A stretch of 64,000 bases of DNA from Tolypothrix carrinoi HA7290-LM1 (GTDB lineage: Bacteria; Cyanobacteriota; Cyanobacteriia; Cyanobacteriales; Nostocaceae). Location of the stretch: NCBI GenBank assembly GCA_019358935.1, contig JAHHIK010000006.1, forward strand, positions 1 to 64,000, written 5' to 3'. Position 1 is the stretch's first letter. Each line of letters opens with the position of its first letter. Of this stretch, positions 41,556 to 50,734 are shown piece by piece. The notes under the pieces are model-generated. The model was given only the letters and a program-made list of their open reading frames with translations, did no database searches and was not told the origin of the DNA. The position numbers and the translations under genes are program-made.

Positions 41556-42524
41556 TCACGAAGTGATTAGAAATTCCTGAAAATCTGCCAGCGAATTGAC
41601 GGTAACGGCTCTTTCTAAAAGTTGTTTTAATAACGACAAATCCTCAATATTATTTATCATTTCTGTTAATTCTGTGGGGACTTCTCCGAAGCGCGATCGC
41701 AAAACAATAATTACCGATTCACGCGCAGTTTGTCTAGCTCCCTTCTCCATTCCTCTTAATTCCATATTGCTAAGTAATGGCATTGTTCTTTCCTCTTCGT
41801 AACGATTTAATCTTTGCTCAAAGCTTTGTGCTAACTCTCGCGGTAATGTCATCATTCTGTCAATTACCTGAAAGAGTTTGATAATCTCTCCGCGTTGATA
41901 ACCTTTCTCATACAATCCGCGAACAATATTCCATTTCCAACGTTCTCTTTCCTGGGGTTTACCTGTAGTTGCTTTGGTTTTCAAATGTGCCATTACTATG
42001 ATGGCAAAAGGATTATCGCTTTGTTGTAAACTTTCCCATGCGGGTTCGTAATCTAATAATTTGATGGTGGGAAATTTCAGATTAACTTCACAACCAGCGA
42101 ATGCATAACCATAGGATGAAGGACGCCAGTTTAAACGTTCATCGCCCAAAATGGCTAAACTAATTACAGGTCGTTGGTAAAGGTCAAACGCCCGATAATT
42201 ATAAATATACATCCGTTTGCTAAAGTCAGATTCTTCTTGACTTTGCACTTCAGTATGAATCAATACCCATACTTCTTGATTGTCGCGCAGCCACACTTGA
42301 AATAATTTATCGGCATAGCGCGAACCGATGTCAGATGATGCGGTGATTTGTTGTAATTCTTTATCAAGTGACTGTGGCGGTTTGCTCCAGTCTATTAAAT
42401 CATGAACTTGGGGGAAAAAGAAGCCACAGAATGGCTGAAAATAATCGCCGTAGACGCGTAGCGGCTTGTCGTCAGACATCGCTTCTTTCCAAGGTTCATC
42501 ATAATTGGCGTTTGGTTCGTTCAT
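41556..42524 (-). CDS. Rpn/PD-(D/E)XK-like (DUF4351-type) protein
   Basis: YDEPWKEA, LDKEL, RYADKL, HTEVQS, RMYIYNYR, RFGEVP. Carries a 27-bp in-frame insert. Confidence 0.82.
   Translation of the reverse strand: MNEPNANYDEPWKEAMSDDKPLRVYGDYFQPFCGFFFPQVHDLIDWSKPPQSLDKELQQITASSDIGSRYADKLFQVWLRDNQEVWVLIHTEVQSQEESDFSKRMYIYNYRAFDLYQRPVISLAILGDERLNWRPSSYGYAFAGCEVNLKFPTIKLLDYEPAWESLQQSDNPFAIIVMAHLKTKATTGKPQERERWKWNIVRGLYEKGYQRGEIIKLFQVIDRMMTLPRELAQSFEQRLNRYEEERTMPLLSNMELRGMEKGARQTARESVIIVLRSRFGEVPTELTEMINNIEDLSLLKQLLERAVTVNSLADFQEFLITS
42451..42477. mobile_element. 27-bp small dispersed repeat inserted at a HIP1-like site
   Basis: Minus strand GCGAT[GTCTGACGACAAGCCGCTACGCGTCTA]CGG; 26/27 identical to 63238-63264. 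Confidence 0.85.
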
Positions 42525-42622
42525 GCTCGTTTTGTCAATGCGTTTTTCCCCCAAAGCCACAACAAAAGTTGAGGGACACGAAATTATCGTGTCCCTCAAA
42601 AGATATATTTAACGCTAATAAA

Positions 42623-42781
42623 TTAACGCCGTTTGGGGGTGCGTCGTGTTTCGCGTTTTTCTTGTTCTCTCAAACGGCGATCGCGCCATTCGGAAACCGT
42701 CAAATAGCCAACACCGCCAGTTAGTGCCAACAATAGCACCAAGCCAGACAAAGCCAAAATGCTCAAGAATGGACTTTCCAC
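42623..42781 (-). CDS. 52-aa single-TM small protein downstream of petN (not in the ORF track)
   Basis: GTG start 7 bp after the petN stop; MESPFLSILALSGLVLLLALTGGVGYLTVSEWRDRRLREQEKRETRRTPKRR. Confidence 0.7.
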   Translation of the reverse strand: MESPFLSILALSGLVLLLALTGGVGYLTVSEWRDRRLREQEKRETRRTPKRR

Positions 42782-42788
42782 AATTTTC

Positions 42789-42878
42789 TTACAGTCCGTT
42801 GCGACCCCATACTACCATTGCAATTGACCAAGTGAACACAACCAACAGTGAAACCCAGCCCAATGTCAAAATCTCCAT
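42789..42878 (-). CDS. petN: Cytochrome b6f subunit VIII PetN (not in the ORF track)
   Basis: Hand translation [36 protein letters not shown]. Confidence 0.96.
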   Translation of the reverse strand: MEILTLGWVSLLVVFTWSIAMVVWGRNGL

Positions 42879-42962
42879 AGTCCTAATTCTTTAACTAATT
42901 TACAAAACGTCTCTAATATTTATGATACTGGGAATGGTCATTAGTCATTTGTTTCTTCCTCT

Positions 42963-43424
42963 GTGTTCATGAAAGATACGAACGATATGGCTGAACGTCT
43001 AGAATCCCTGAAAGCTGGGATTTTCGGGGGATTATCTCTTTGTTTAGCCTTCCTGATTACCAGTTTTCTTAACAATCTGCTACTTGCAAAGTATTTTACA
43101 GCACTCAGCATTCTCAAGCTGAATACCCAGGATTGGCGTTGGTGGATAAGCGCTGTTATATCGTGCTTTTGTGGCTTGCTATTTGGTGTCACCTATCGCT
43201 ATATCATCCGTTCTGATGACAATCCGCAACTCAAAGCTGGGGGAGTGCTGGCTTTTGGGTTGGTGCGAGGTTTAACTCAGATAGATGTGGGACTTTGTTG
43301 TTATAGTACAATTTTGCCTTTTGTCGTGCTGGGTGCAGAAAGTGTTGTTTGGTTTGCGATCGCTGCGATCGCACTCGATACCGCCATAAAATTAGGCTGG
43401 ATTAAACCTTTTAAATCAACTTAA
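42963..43424 (+). CDS. Conserved membrane hypothetical protein
   Basis: ERLESLKAG, LFGVTYRYIIR.D.NPQLK.G, AFGLVRGL; start uncertain. Confidence 0.75.
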   Translation: MFMKDTNDMAERLESLKAGIFGGLSLCLAFLITSFLNNLLLAKYFTALSILKLNTQDWRWWISAVISCFCGLLFGVTYRYIIRSDDNPQLKAGGVLAFGLVRGLTQIDVGLCCYSTILPFVVLGAESVVWFAIAAIALDTAIKLGWIKPFKST

Positions 43425-43454
43425 GTTGCAATACTTATTGATAAAACTCATTAT

Positions 43455-44018
43455 ATGAAAACTGATAGATCCTCCTATTTTTTAATAATAGATTTAGAAG
43501 CTACTTGCTCTGATGATGGCATTATTCCGCGTCATCAAATGGAAATAATCGAAATCGGTGCGGTGATGCTCAACAGAGCAACATGGGAAATTGATTCAGA
43601 ATTTCAGCAATTCATTCAACCTGTAATAAATCCGCAATTAACAGCTTTTTGTACAGAACTAACTAGCATTTATCAAAAAGATGTTGAATTAGCCCCAAAA
43701 TTTCCGGAAGCAATGTCTTGCCTCCAAGAATGGATTAAATCATTTCCCAAGTATGTTTTTTGCTCTTGGGGAAACTATGATAAAACGCAATTTATTCAAG
43801 ATTGCAAACATCACAATGTTCCTTATCCTTTTGGTTCAGAACACAGAAACATCAAAAAGGAATTTTCCGAATATCTGGGTGTATCTAAAGGGTTTGGCAT
43901 GGCGCAGGCTCTACAACAGCTTGGGCTAGAATTGAAGGGTACACACCATCGCGGGATAGATGATGCCCGCAACATTGCTGCAATATTTCGACATATGAAC
44001 AGTAAAAATCCCAGCTAA
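43455..44018 (+). CDS. DEDDh 3'-5' exonuclease (KapD/ERI1-like)
   Basis: IIDLEATC, EIIEIGAV, SWGNYD, HHRGIDDARN. Confidence 0.9.
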   Translation: MKTDRSSYFLIIDLEATCSDDGIIPRHQMEIIEIGAVMLNRATWEIDSEFQQFIQPVINPQLTAFCTELTSIYQKDVELAPKFPEAMSCLQEWIKSFPKYVFCSWGNYDKTQFIQDCKHHNVPYPFGSEHRNIKKEFSEYLGVSKGFGMAQALQQLGLELKGTHHRGIDDARNIAAIFRHMNSKNPS

Positions 44019-44108
44019 TCTTGTTTTGAGTTGTTTAAAATAACAATTGCAACATTGATGCATATTAACAACAATACTTAGTAGTAAAATTTTCTGGGTA
44101 AAAATCGT

Positions 44109-45491
44109 ATGCAACTAATCAACCCTGTCAAAACTCCCGCTTTTATCCAAAGGTTCCAGTGGGTAGCCGATCCTGTGGGATATATGGAAACCGCAGTAAA
44201 AGAATATCCTGATATTTTCACTGCTAAAGTCATAGGTTTTGGCGGCACTTTAATATTCGTCAACCATCCCCAAGCGCTGCAAGAAATTTTAACAAATGAC
44301 CGCAAAAAGTTTGCTGCTCCCGGTGATGTGAACGAAATTCTACAACCATTACTAGGTGATTATTCGGTTGTCATGCTCGAAGGCGATCGCCACAAAAAGC
44401 GGCGACAATTAGTAATGCCTTCGTTTCACGGTGAACGGATGCGAAACTACGGTGAATTAATCCGTAATATCACTGAAAAAACGATTAGTAATTTACCACA
44501 AAATCAGCTTTTTTTAGCTCGGAATGCAATGCAGAAAATCTCCCTGCAAGTCATCATAGAAGCGGTTTTTGGCTTGCATGAAGGAGAACGTTGTCAAGAA
44601 CTTAAACGCGGACTGACAACAATGTTAGATTTGTTTCGTTCGCCACTGAGTTCTAGCTTTTTGTTTTTCCCTTCCCTGCAAAAAGATTTAGGTGCTTGGA
44701 GTCCTTGGGGAAAATTTGTACGCGATCGCGCCGCAATTGATAAAATAATTTACACCGAAATTGCTGAACGTCGCTCTTCACCCGATCCAAATCGCATTGA
44801 TATCCTCTCCCTGCTGATGTCAGCGCGGGATGAACAGGGAAATCCGATGACCGATAGAGAGTTGCGCGATGAATTGATGACCATGTTATTTGCTGGACAT
44901 GAAACCACCGCAACTGCAATGGCTTGGGCATTATATTGGACTCACCATCAGCCAGAAGTTCGTCACAAAATCCTGCTTGAACTCGATACCTTGGGTGATT
45001 CCCCAGATCCGATGAGCATTTTCCGGCTACCTTATCTCACCGCTGTTTGTAATGAAACCTTACGAATTTATCCTGTAGCCATGTTGACTTTCACCAGAGT
45101 CGTGCGAGAAAGTGTGGAACTACTGGGACATAAATTAGAGCCTGGTACAAACGTTATTGGCTGCATCTATCTAATTCATCACCGTGAAGATTTATATCCA
45201 GAACCCAAGCAGTTTAAACCAGAGCGCTTTTTAGAACGGCAATTTTCTCCCTATGAGTTTATACCCTTTGGTGCTGGTGCGCGTCGCTGTATTGGTGATG
45301 CTTTAGCTCAGTTTGAAATGAAATTAGTATTGGCAACAATTTTGTCACGCTATCAACTAGCGCTAGCTGATAATCAACTAGAAACGCCTCGGCGTCGAGG
45401 TATCACCCTTGCACCTGCCCGTGGTGTGAAGATGGTAATTACCGGGCAGCGTGTGCGGAAAGAATCGCAATTGACTATGGCGAGTACTTGA
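44109..45491 (+). CDS. Cytochrome P450 (CYP110-like)
   Basis: AGHETT, ETLR, PERF, FGAGARRCIG. Confidence 0.95.
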   Translation: MQLINPVKTPAFIQRFQWVADPVGYMETAVKEYPDIFTAKVIGFGGTLIFVNHPQALQEILTNDRKKFAAPGDVNEILQPLLGDYSVVMLEGDRHKKRRQLVMPSFHGERMRNYGELIRNITEKTISNLPQNQLFLARNAMQKISLQVIIEAVFGLHEGERCQELKRGLTTMLDLFRSPLSSSFLFFPSLQKDLGAWSPWGKFVRDRAAIDKIIYTEIAERRSSPDPNRIDILSLLMSARDEQGNPMTDRELRDELMTMLFAGHETTATAMAWALYWTHHQPEVRHKILLELDTLGDSPDPMSIFRLPYLTAVCNETLRIYPVAMLTFTRVVRESVELLGHKLEPGTNVIGCIYLIHHREDLYPEPKQFKPERFLERQFSPYEFIPFGAGARRCIGDALAQFEMKLVLATILSRYQLALADNQLETPRRRGITLAPARGVKMVITGQRVRKESQLTMAST

Positions 45492-45628
45492 GGAAAAGGG
45501 ACAGTAACCGACACTAATATGAAGTCCGGTAGTGAGGACTGAAGTCCTTATCAAAAAAGCCAAGGACTTCAGTCCTTACTACGAAAGCGTATTTACGAGA
45601 GAATTAAATATAGCTCTAATTTGCCGAT

Positions 45629-45652
45629 ACTCCTACGGAGTCACTTTGTGAA
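45629..45652. mobile_element. 24-bp small dispersed repeat at a HIP1-like site
   Basis: CCGAT[ACTCCTACGGAGTCACTTTGTGAA]CGC; 23/24 identical to 49905-49928. Confidence 0.75.
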
Positions 45653-45655
45653 CGC

Positions 45656-46816
45656 ATGAAAAATATCTCTCGTATGCAGGCAGTGCAGTCTCCGATAATA
45701 CCTGTCGTTGGCGAATTAATTAAAAGCAATCCTGGAACCATTTCTTTAGGACAAGGTGTTGTTTCATACAATCCGCCACCCGAAGCAATCGAGCTTTTGC
45801 CGAAATTCCTCGCTGAACCTGCTAATAATTTATACAAAGCTGTTGAGGGAATTCCTCCTTTGTTAGCAGCAATTGAAGCAAAATTGCAAGCCTTTAACAA
45901 GATTGAAATTAACGACGAAAACTGCATAGTTGTTACCGCCGGCAGTAATATGGCGTTTATGAATGCCATTCTCGCTATCACATCAATCGGCGATGAAATT
46001 ATTTTAAATACGCCTTATTATTTTAATCATGAAATGGCAACGACAATGGCAGGTTGTCATCCGGTGTTGGTAGAAACCGATGAAAATTATCAATTGCGAG
46101 TGGATGCGATCGCCCAAGCCATAACATCAAAAACAAAAGCAATCGTCACCATTTCACCTAATAATCCCACTGGTGTTGTTTATTCTGAAGAATTGTTGCG
46201 ACAAGTTAATCAAATTTGCTTTGAACGCAACATCTATCATATTAACGATGAAGCTTATGAATACTTTACCTATGACGGTGTAAAACACACTTCCCCTGGT
46301 GCATTTTCCGGAAGTAGTGAATACACCATTTCTCTATATAGCCTTTCCAAAGCTTACGGTTTTGCGAGTTGGCGGATTGGCTATATGGTGATTCCCAAAC
46401 ATTTGCTTGTCGCTGTTAAAAAAGTGCAGGATACGATTGTGATTTGTCCGCCTGTAATTTCTCAGTATGCAGCATTAGGAGCATTGCAGGCAAAAGAAGA
46501 GTATTTGAGGAATAATTTGGAAGCGATCGCCCAAGTACGCTATGACGTACTTAACTCACTCAACCGCCTACAAAATCAGTGTACCATCACCCCCGCCGAT
46601 GGTGCATTTTATTTTTTCCTCAAAGTTCATACTCAAATGGATACCTTTGAATTAGTTGAAAGACTAATTAAAGAACATCTTGTAGCAGTGATTCCCGGTA
46701 CAACCTTCGGCATGGATAATGGATGTTATCTGCGAGTTGCTTATGGTGCGCTGCAAAAAGAAACCGCAAAAGAAGGGATAGAAAGATTAGTCACAGGTTT
46801 GCAGACAATATTATAA
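45656..46816 (+). CDS. PLP-dependent aminotransferase, class I/II
   Basis: ISLGQG, SPNNPTG, DEAY, SLSKAYGFASWRIGY. Confidence 0.93.
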   Translation: MKNISRMQAVQSPIIPVVGELIKSNPGTISLGQGVVSYNPPPEAIELLPKFLAEPANNLYKAVEGIPPLLAAIEAKLQAFNKIEINDENCIVVTAGSNMAFMNAILAITSIGDEIILNTPYYFNHEMATTMAGCHPVLVETDENYQLRVDAIAQAITSKTKAIVTISPNNPTGVVYSEELLRQVNQICFERNIYHINDEAYEYFTYDGVKHTSPGAFSGSSEYTISLYSLSKAYGFASWRIGYMVIPKHLLVAVKKVQDTIVICPPVISQYAALGALQAKEEYLRNNLEAIAQVRYDVLNSLNRLQNQCTITPADGAFYFFLKVHTQMDTFELVERLIKEHLVAVIPGTTFGMDNGCYLRVAYGALQKETAKEGIERLVTGLQTIL

Positions 46817-47005
46817 ATAATCTCACGCAAAGGCGCAAAGCCGCAAAGAAGAACGCTCTTTGCGTCTTTGCGTCTTTGCGTGAGACTCCTCTTTATTAAA
46901 TCTTGAAAATTTTCCGAAATCCTCCGGTTACGGCTTGTAGAATTCTCTGCAAAAGAAAAAACTCAATTCTTGCCTGTCGCCAATTAAGCTAAAAAGCAGA
47001 AATAC

Positions 47006-48385
47006 GTGTCTAGATTCTCCCAGCGAAAAACCCAAGGTTGCATCAAATTGGTATCCTGGTCAATCACAGCCGCAATAACATTAGGGCTGGTAGTCAGTAT
47101 ACCAGGAGAAGTTACAGGACAATCTCAACCGCCACTGTCAGCACAACAATCAGCGGACTTAGAAGAAGCCACGCGACTGAATCAACAAGTAGAGCAGTTG
47201 TACAACGAAGGTAAATACAGTCAAGCCATCCCCCTAGCAGAACGCGAACTGGCAATTTCGGAGAAAGTACTGGGTAATGTTCATCCCTCTGTCGCTCTTA
47301 GCCTGAACAATTTGGCAGCATTGTACAAGGCACAGGGGAATTATCAAAAAGCTGAACCTCTGTATCTGCGATCGCTGGCAATTAACGAGAAAGCACTGGG
47401 TAAAGAACATCCCTCTGTCGCACGAAGCCTCAACAGTTTGGCACAACTGTACCATGCACAGGGGAGCTATCAAAAAGCTGAACCTTTGTATTTGCGCTCA
47501 CTGGCAATTAACGAGAAAGCACTGGGTAAAGAACATCCATCGGTTGCACGAAGCCTCAACAATTTGGCATTACTGTACGGGGCACAGGGGAGCTATCAAA
47601 AAGCTGAACCGCTGTATCTGCGATCGCTGGCAATTATGGAGAAAGCACTGGGTAAAGAACATCCTGATGTCGCACAAAGCCTGAACAATTTGGCTCTACT
47701 GTACGGGGCACAGGGGAGCTATCAAAAAGTTGAACCTTTATTAGTGCGATCGCTGGCAATTAGGGAGAAAGCATTGGGTAAAGAACATCCATCGGTTGCA
47801 CAAAGCCTCAACAGTTTGGCAGAATTATACCGAGTACAGGGGAGCTATCAAAAAGTTGAACCTTTGTATTTGCGATCGCTGGCAATTAACGAGAAAGTAC
47901 TTGGTAAAGAACATCCCTCTGTCGCACAAAGCCTGAACAATTTAGCACAACTGTACCATGCACAGGGGAGCTATCAAAAAGCCGAACCTCTGTTTGTGCG
48001 ATCGCTGGCAATTATAGAGAAAGCACTGGGTAAAGAACATCCCTCTGTCGCACAAAGCCTGAACAGTTTGGCTCTACTGTACGGGGCACAGGGGAGCTAT
48101 CAAAAAGCTGAACCTTTATTAGTGCGATCGCTGGTAATTAGGGAGAAAGCACTGGGTAAAGAACATCCTGATGTTGCACGAAGCCTCGGCAATTTGGCAT
48201 TACTGTACAAGAAACAGGGGAGCTATCAAAAAGCTGAACCGCTGTATCTGCGATCGCTGGCAATTATGGAGAAAGTACTCGGTAAAGAACATCCTCATGT
48301 TGCACAAAGCCTCAACAATTTGGCATTACTGTACTATACACAGGCTGACATTACCCGTGTGCTGACTACGAAAAAGATTTTTTAA
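47006..48385 (+). CDS. Kinesin-light-chain-type TPR protein, probably C-terminally truncated
   Basis: Signal-like N-terminus and about nine 42-aa (126-bp) repeats HPSVAQSLNNLA.LY..QGSYQKAEPL. Confidence 0.85.
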   Translation: MSRFSQRKTQGCIKLVSWSITAAITLGLVVSIPGEVTGQSQPPLSAQQSADLEEATRLNQQVEQLYNEGKYSQAIPLAERELAISEKVLGNVHPSVALSLNNLAALYKAQGNYQKAEPLYLRSLAINEKALGKEHPSVARSLNSLAQLYHAQGSYQKAEPLYLRSLAINEKALGKEHPSVARSLNNLALLYGAQGSYQKAEPLYLRSLAIMEKALGKEHPDVAQSLNNLALLYGAQGSYQKVEPLLVRSLAIREKALGKEHPSVAQSLNSLAELYRVQGSYQKVEPLYLRSLAINEKVLGKEHPSVAQSLNNLAQLYHAQGSYQKAEPLFVRSLAIIEKALGKEHPSVAQSLNSLALLYGAQGSYQKAEPLLVRSLVIREKALGKEHPDVARSLGNLALLYKKQGSYQKAEPLYLRSLAIMEKVLGKEHPHVAQSLNNLALLYYTQADITRVLTTKKIF

Positions 48386-48398
48386 ATACATTTAACAT

Positions 48399-48842
48399 AT
48401 GCCAATTATTAATAAATCTATTGAAATCGAAACTGAACAGGGAATTAATATCTACAATATCACAACGCAAATCAATGATTTTCTTGCCTCAACATCTATT
48501 AAAAATGGTCAGGTTTTAGTGTTTTCTCGTCACACTACAACTGCATTGGCTATCAATGAAAATGAAGAAAGACTGTTAGAGGATATCAAAGTCTTTTTGC
48601 AGAAATTAGCACCAGAGTCAGACCGATATTTGCATAATGACCTACACTTAAGAGTTGTGCCAGAAGATGAACCGATGAATGCTCATTCTCATCTCATGGC
48701 AATGATGTTGAGTACGAGTGAGGTAATTCCAATTGTAGATGGTAAATTAGCTTTGGGAACTTGGCAATCTGTGTTATTTCTTGAGTTGGATGGAGCGCGT
48801 AAAAGAACTGTGTTTTTCCAAATTTATGGTGACTATACGTAG
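48399..48842 (+). CDS. yjbQ: YjbQ/UPF0047 family protein
   Basis: RHTTTAL.INENE, YLHND, NAHSHL, LGTWQS..FLELDG. Confidence 0.9.
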   Translation: MPIINKSIEIETEQGINIYNITTQINDFLASTSIKNGQVLVFSRHTTTALAINENEERLLEDIKVFLQKLAPESDRYLHNDLHLRVVPEDEPMNAHSHLMAMMLSTSEVIPIVDGKLALGTWQSVLFLELDGARKRTVFFQIYGDYT

Positions 48843-49034
48843 GGTGCGTTATTAACGCACCATAATTTAATATTTTGGATGCCGTACACGATCGCGCTAA
48901 CACAACCTACTAATTTTAGACTTCAGTTAATATCATGTCTATTAAATTAATAGTAATAAAAACACCGCAATTATCGTAGAGACGTTCCAGTGGAAGGTCT
49001 CTACACGTTTCACTGAAACGTCTCTACAATGTTT

Positions 49035-49709
49035 TTAATCTAAGCTGAATTCTTCAAATTCTGTTTGCCCAAAAAGCATATTTTTATCTATTGCTGATAA
49101 TACTTGATTGTTAGCTTTGTCAGAATTTAAGCAACGACAAACTAACTGTGCGACATCTGCACGATGAATTATACCTGCAATGCGTGGATCTTGAGTTAAG
49201 ATTCCGTTTTGGGTTGCTGCTTCTGACTTTAATCCACCGGGACGAATAATAGTGTAAGTTAATCCACTGGCAATTAAGTGTTTTTCAGCTTTTTCTTTTT
49301 CTATTAAAACAGATCGCAATGTTTCTAATGCTTGTGGATTCAAGGCAACTACACTATCTCCACTACCTATAGAAGACACTAAAATAAATTTTTGTACTTT
49401 CGCTTTCACTGCTGCGTCAATCAGATTTTTATTGCCTAAGTAATCTACGCTTTCACTAACTTGAGGCAAACCACCAATAGTACTGATAACTGCGTCGATG
49501 GGTTCTCCCAGCATAGCACTTTCTACATCTTCGCTATTCAACGCATCTCCCAGAACTACCTCAACACCCATTGCTTCTAATTCATCACGAGTTGCTTCTG
49601 TTCTCAAAAGTGCTTTTACCTTTTGCTGTTGTGCAATTAAGCATTTGGCAATTTCTCTACCGACACCCCGACTTGCTCCAGCCAGAAAAATGGAAGATGC
49701 AGTTGTCAT
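49035..49709 (-). CDS. NAD(P)H-binding atypical SDR oxidoreductase
   Basis: AGASRGVG, GNKNLIDAA, YTIIRPGGL, IHRADVA. Confidence 0.88.
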   Translation of the reverse strand: MTTASSIFLAGASRGVGREIAKCLIAQQQKVKALLRTEATRDELEAMGVEVVLGDALNSEDVESAMLGEPIDAVISTIGGLPQVSESVDYLGNKNLIDAAVKAKVQKFILVSSIGSGDSVVALNPQALETLRSVLIEKEKAEKHLIASGLTYTIIRPGGLKSEAATQNGILTQDPRIAGIIHRADVAQLVCRCLNSDKANNQVLSAIDKNMLFGQTEFEEFSLD

Positions 49710-49904
49710 GGTTATTTTTTGAATAGATGCGATATTCTCAACAATTAATAAATATATCTTTCTTTGGTTATCATAACTCTCGGTAGCCAAAAATTTCTAT
49801 CTATTTATACAATCATCTATCTTTATAGGGAGAATAATTTCATCCGGAAGATAGAGTTAAACTTGATACAAAACTATCTATCGAGCAATTATACTTAAGG
49901 CGAT

Positions 49905-49928
49905 ACTCCTACGGAGTCACTTCGTGAA
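49905..49928. mobile_element. 24-bp small dispersed repeat inserted in a HIP1 site
   Basis: GCGAT[ACTCCTACGGAGTCACTTCGTGAA]CGC; removing it restores GCGATCGC. Confidence 0.8.
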
Positions 49929-49993
49929 CGCACGAGGAACTTTTACAGGCGATCGCGTCTGATTATTATAATTAAATCTTTGAGGACACACTC

Positions 49994-50353
49994 ATGGCTA
50001 AAAAACCGGAAAAAAACTTCCACCAACCTGAAGATATCCGAGTTACAGCTACCACAAAAATCTGGGGCTTGACTGTGGGGATTTTAGCAATTTGTGTTCC
50101 CCTTTCGGTTGTCACCAAAAGTGGTGCAATTATACCATTAGCGGCGATTGGTGGCGCAGGAGTTGGTACGGTGGCTGTGTGGCGTTCTGGTGATAAAAAA
50201 TACCAAAATAAGCTTTTGTCACCGCAGCAGGTGGAACTTTTAGAACAACGCATCGCTGACTTAGAAACAATTGTCAGCGGTGAGGAGTTTGATTTGCGGA
50301 TGAAAATTAAACGATTACAGGCAAAGGAAAGCGATCGCCAAGAAGAAAATTAA
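49994..50353 (+). CDS. Hypothetical membrane protein with C-terminal coiled coil
   Basis: Two hydrophobic segments followed by LEQRIADLETI. Confidence 0.7.
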   Translation: MAKKPEKNFHQPEDIRVTATTKIWGLTVGILAICVPLSVVTKSGAIIPLAAIGGAGVGTVAVWRSGDKKYQNKLLSPQQVELLEQRIADLETIVSGEEFDLRMKIKRLQAKESDRQEEN

Positions 50354-50734
50354 CAAATCCTGACTTTACTATCTTTACTTATACAACTTAATGCGCGGCT
50401 GTTGCAGCGACAATCATAGATTGATACTATCACTCTCTGCGTGGCGCGTGATTCTTAATGAGTATTATTTCGGGTTTGTCTCACTAGAGACAGTCTCATA
50501 TTTTCCAGATAAGTTAGAATTAATTTCCAACGTCTAATTTATTTATACGCTCTTGCTGATGGTTGACAAAGTATCTTATAGCTCAAATAGATTATTGCTT
50601 TCTGTTAGACCATAAGTAATGCTTGTGTTACCCTAACTGCTCAAATTACTCAATCAATTTACATTCGTCTTATAAACTTGAGTAATTGCTTTGGTATAGC
50701 TTACCGTAGGTATGCATTCTTTGTGCCGCAAAAC

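Noticed and set aside
43455..44018. DEDDh exonuclease as Argonaute partner
   Set aside because: Opposite strand, 3.5 kb away, and separated by petN and other core-like genes.
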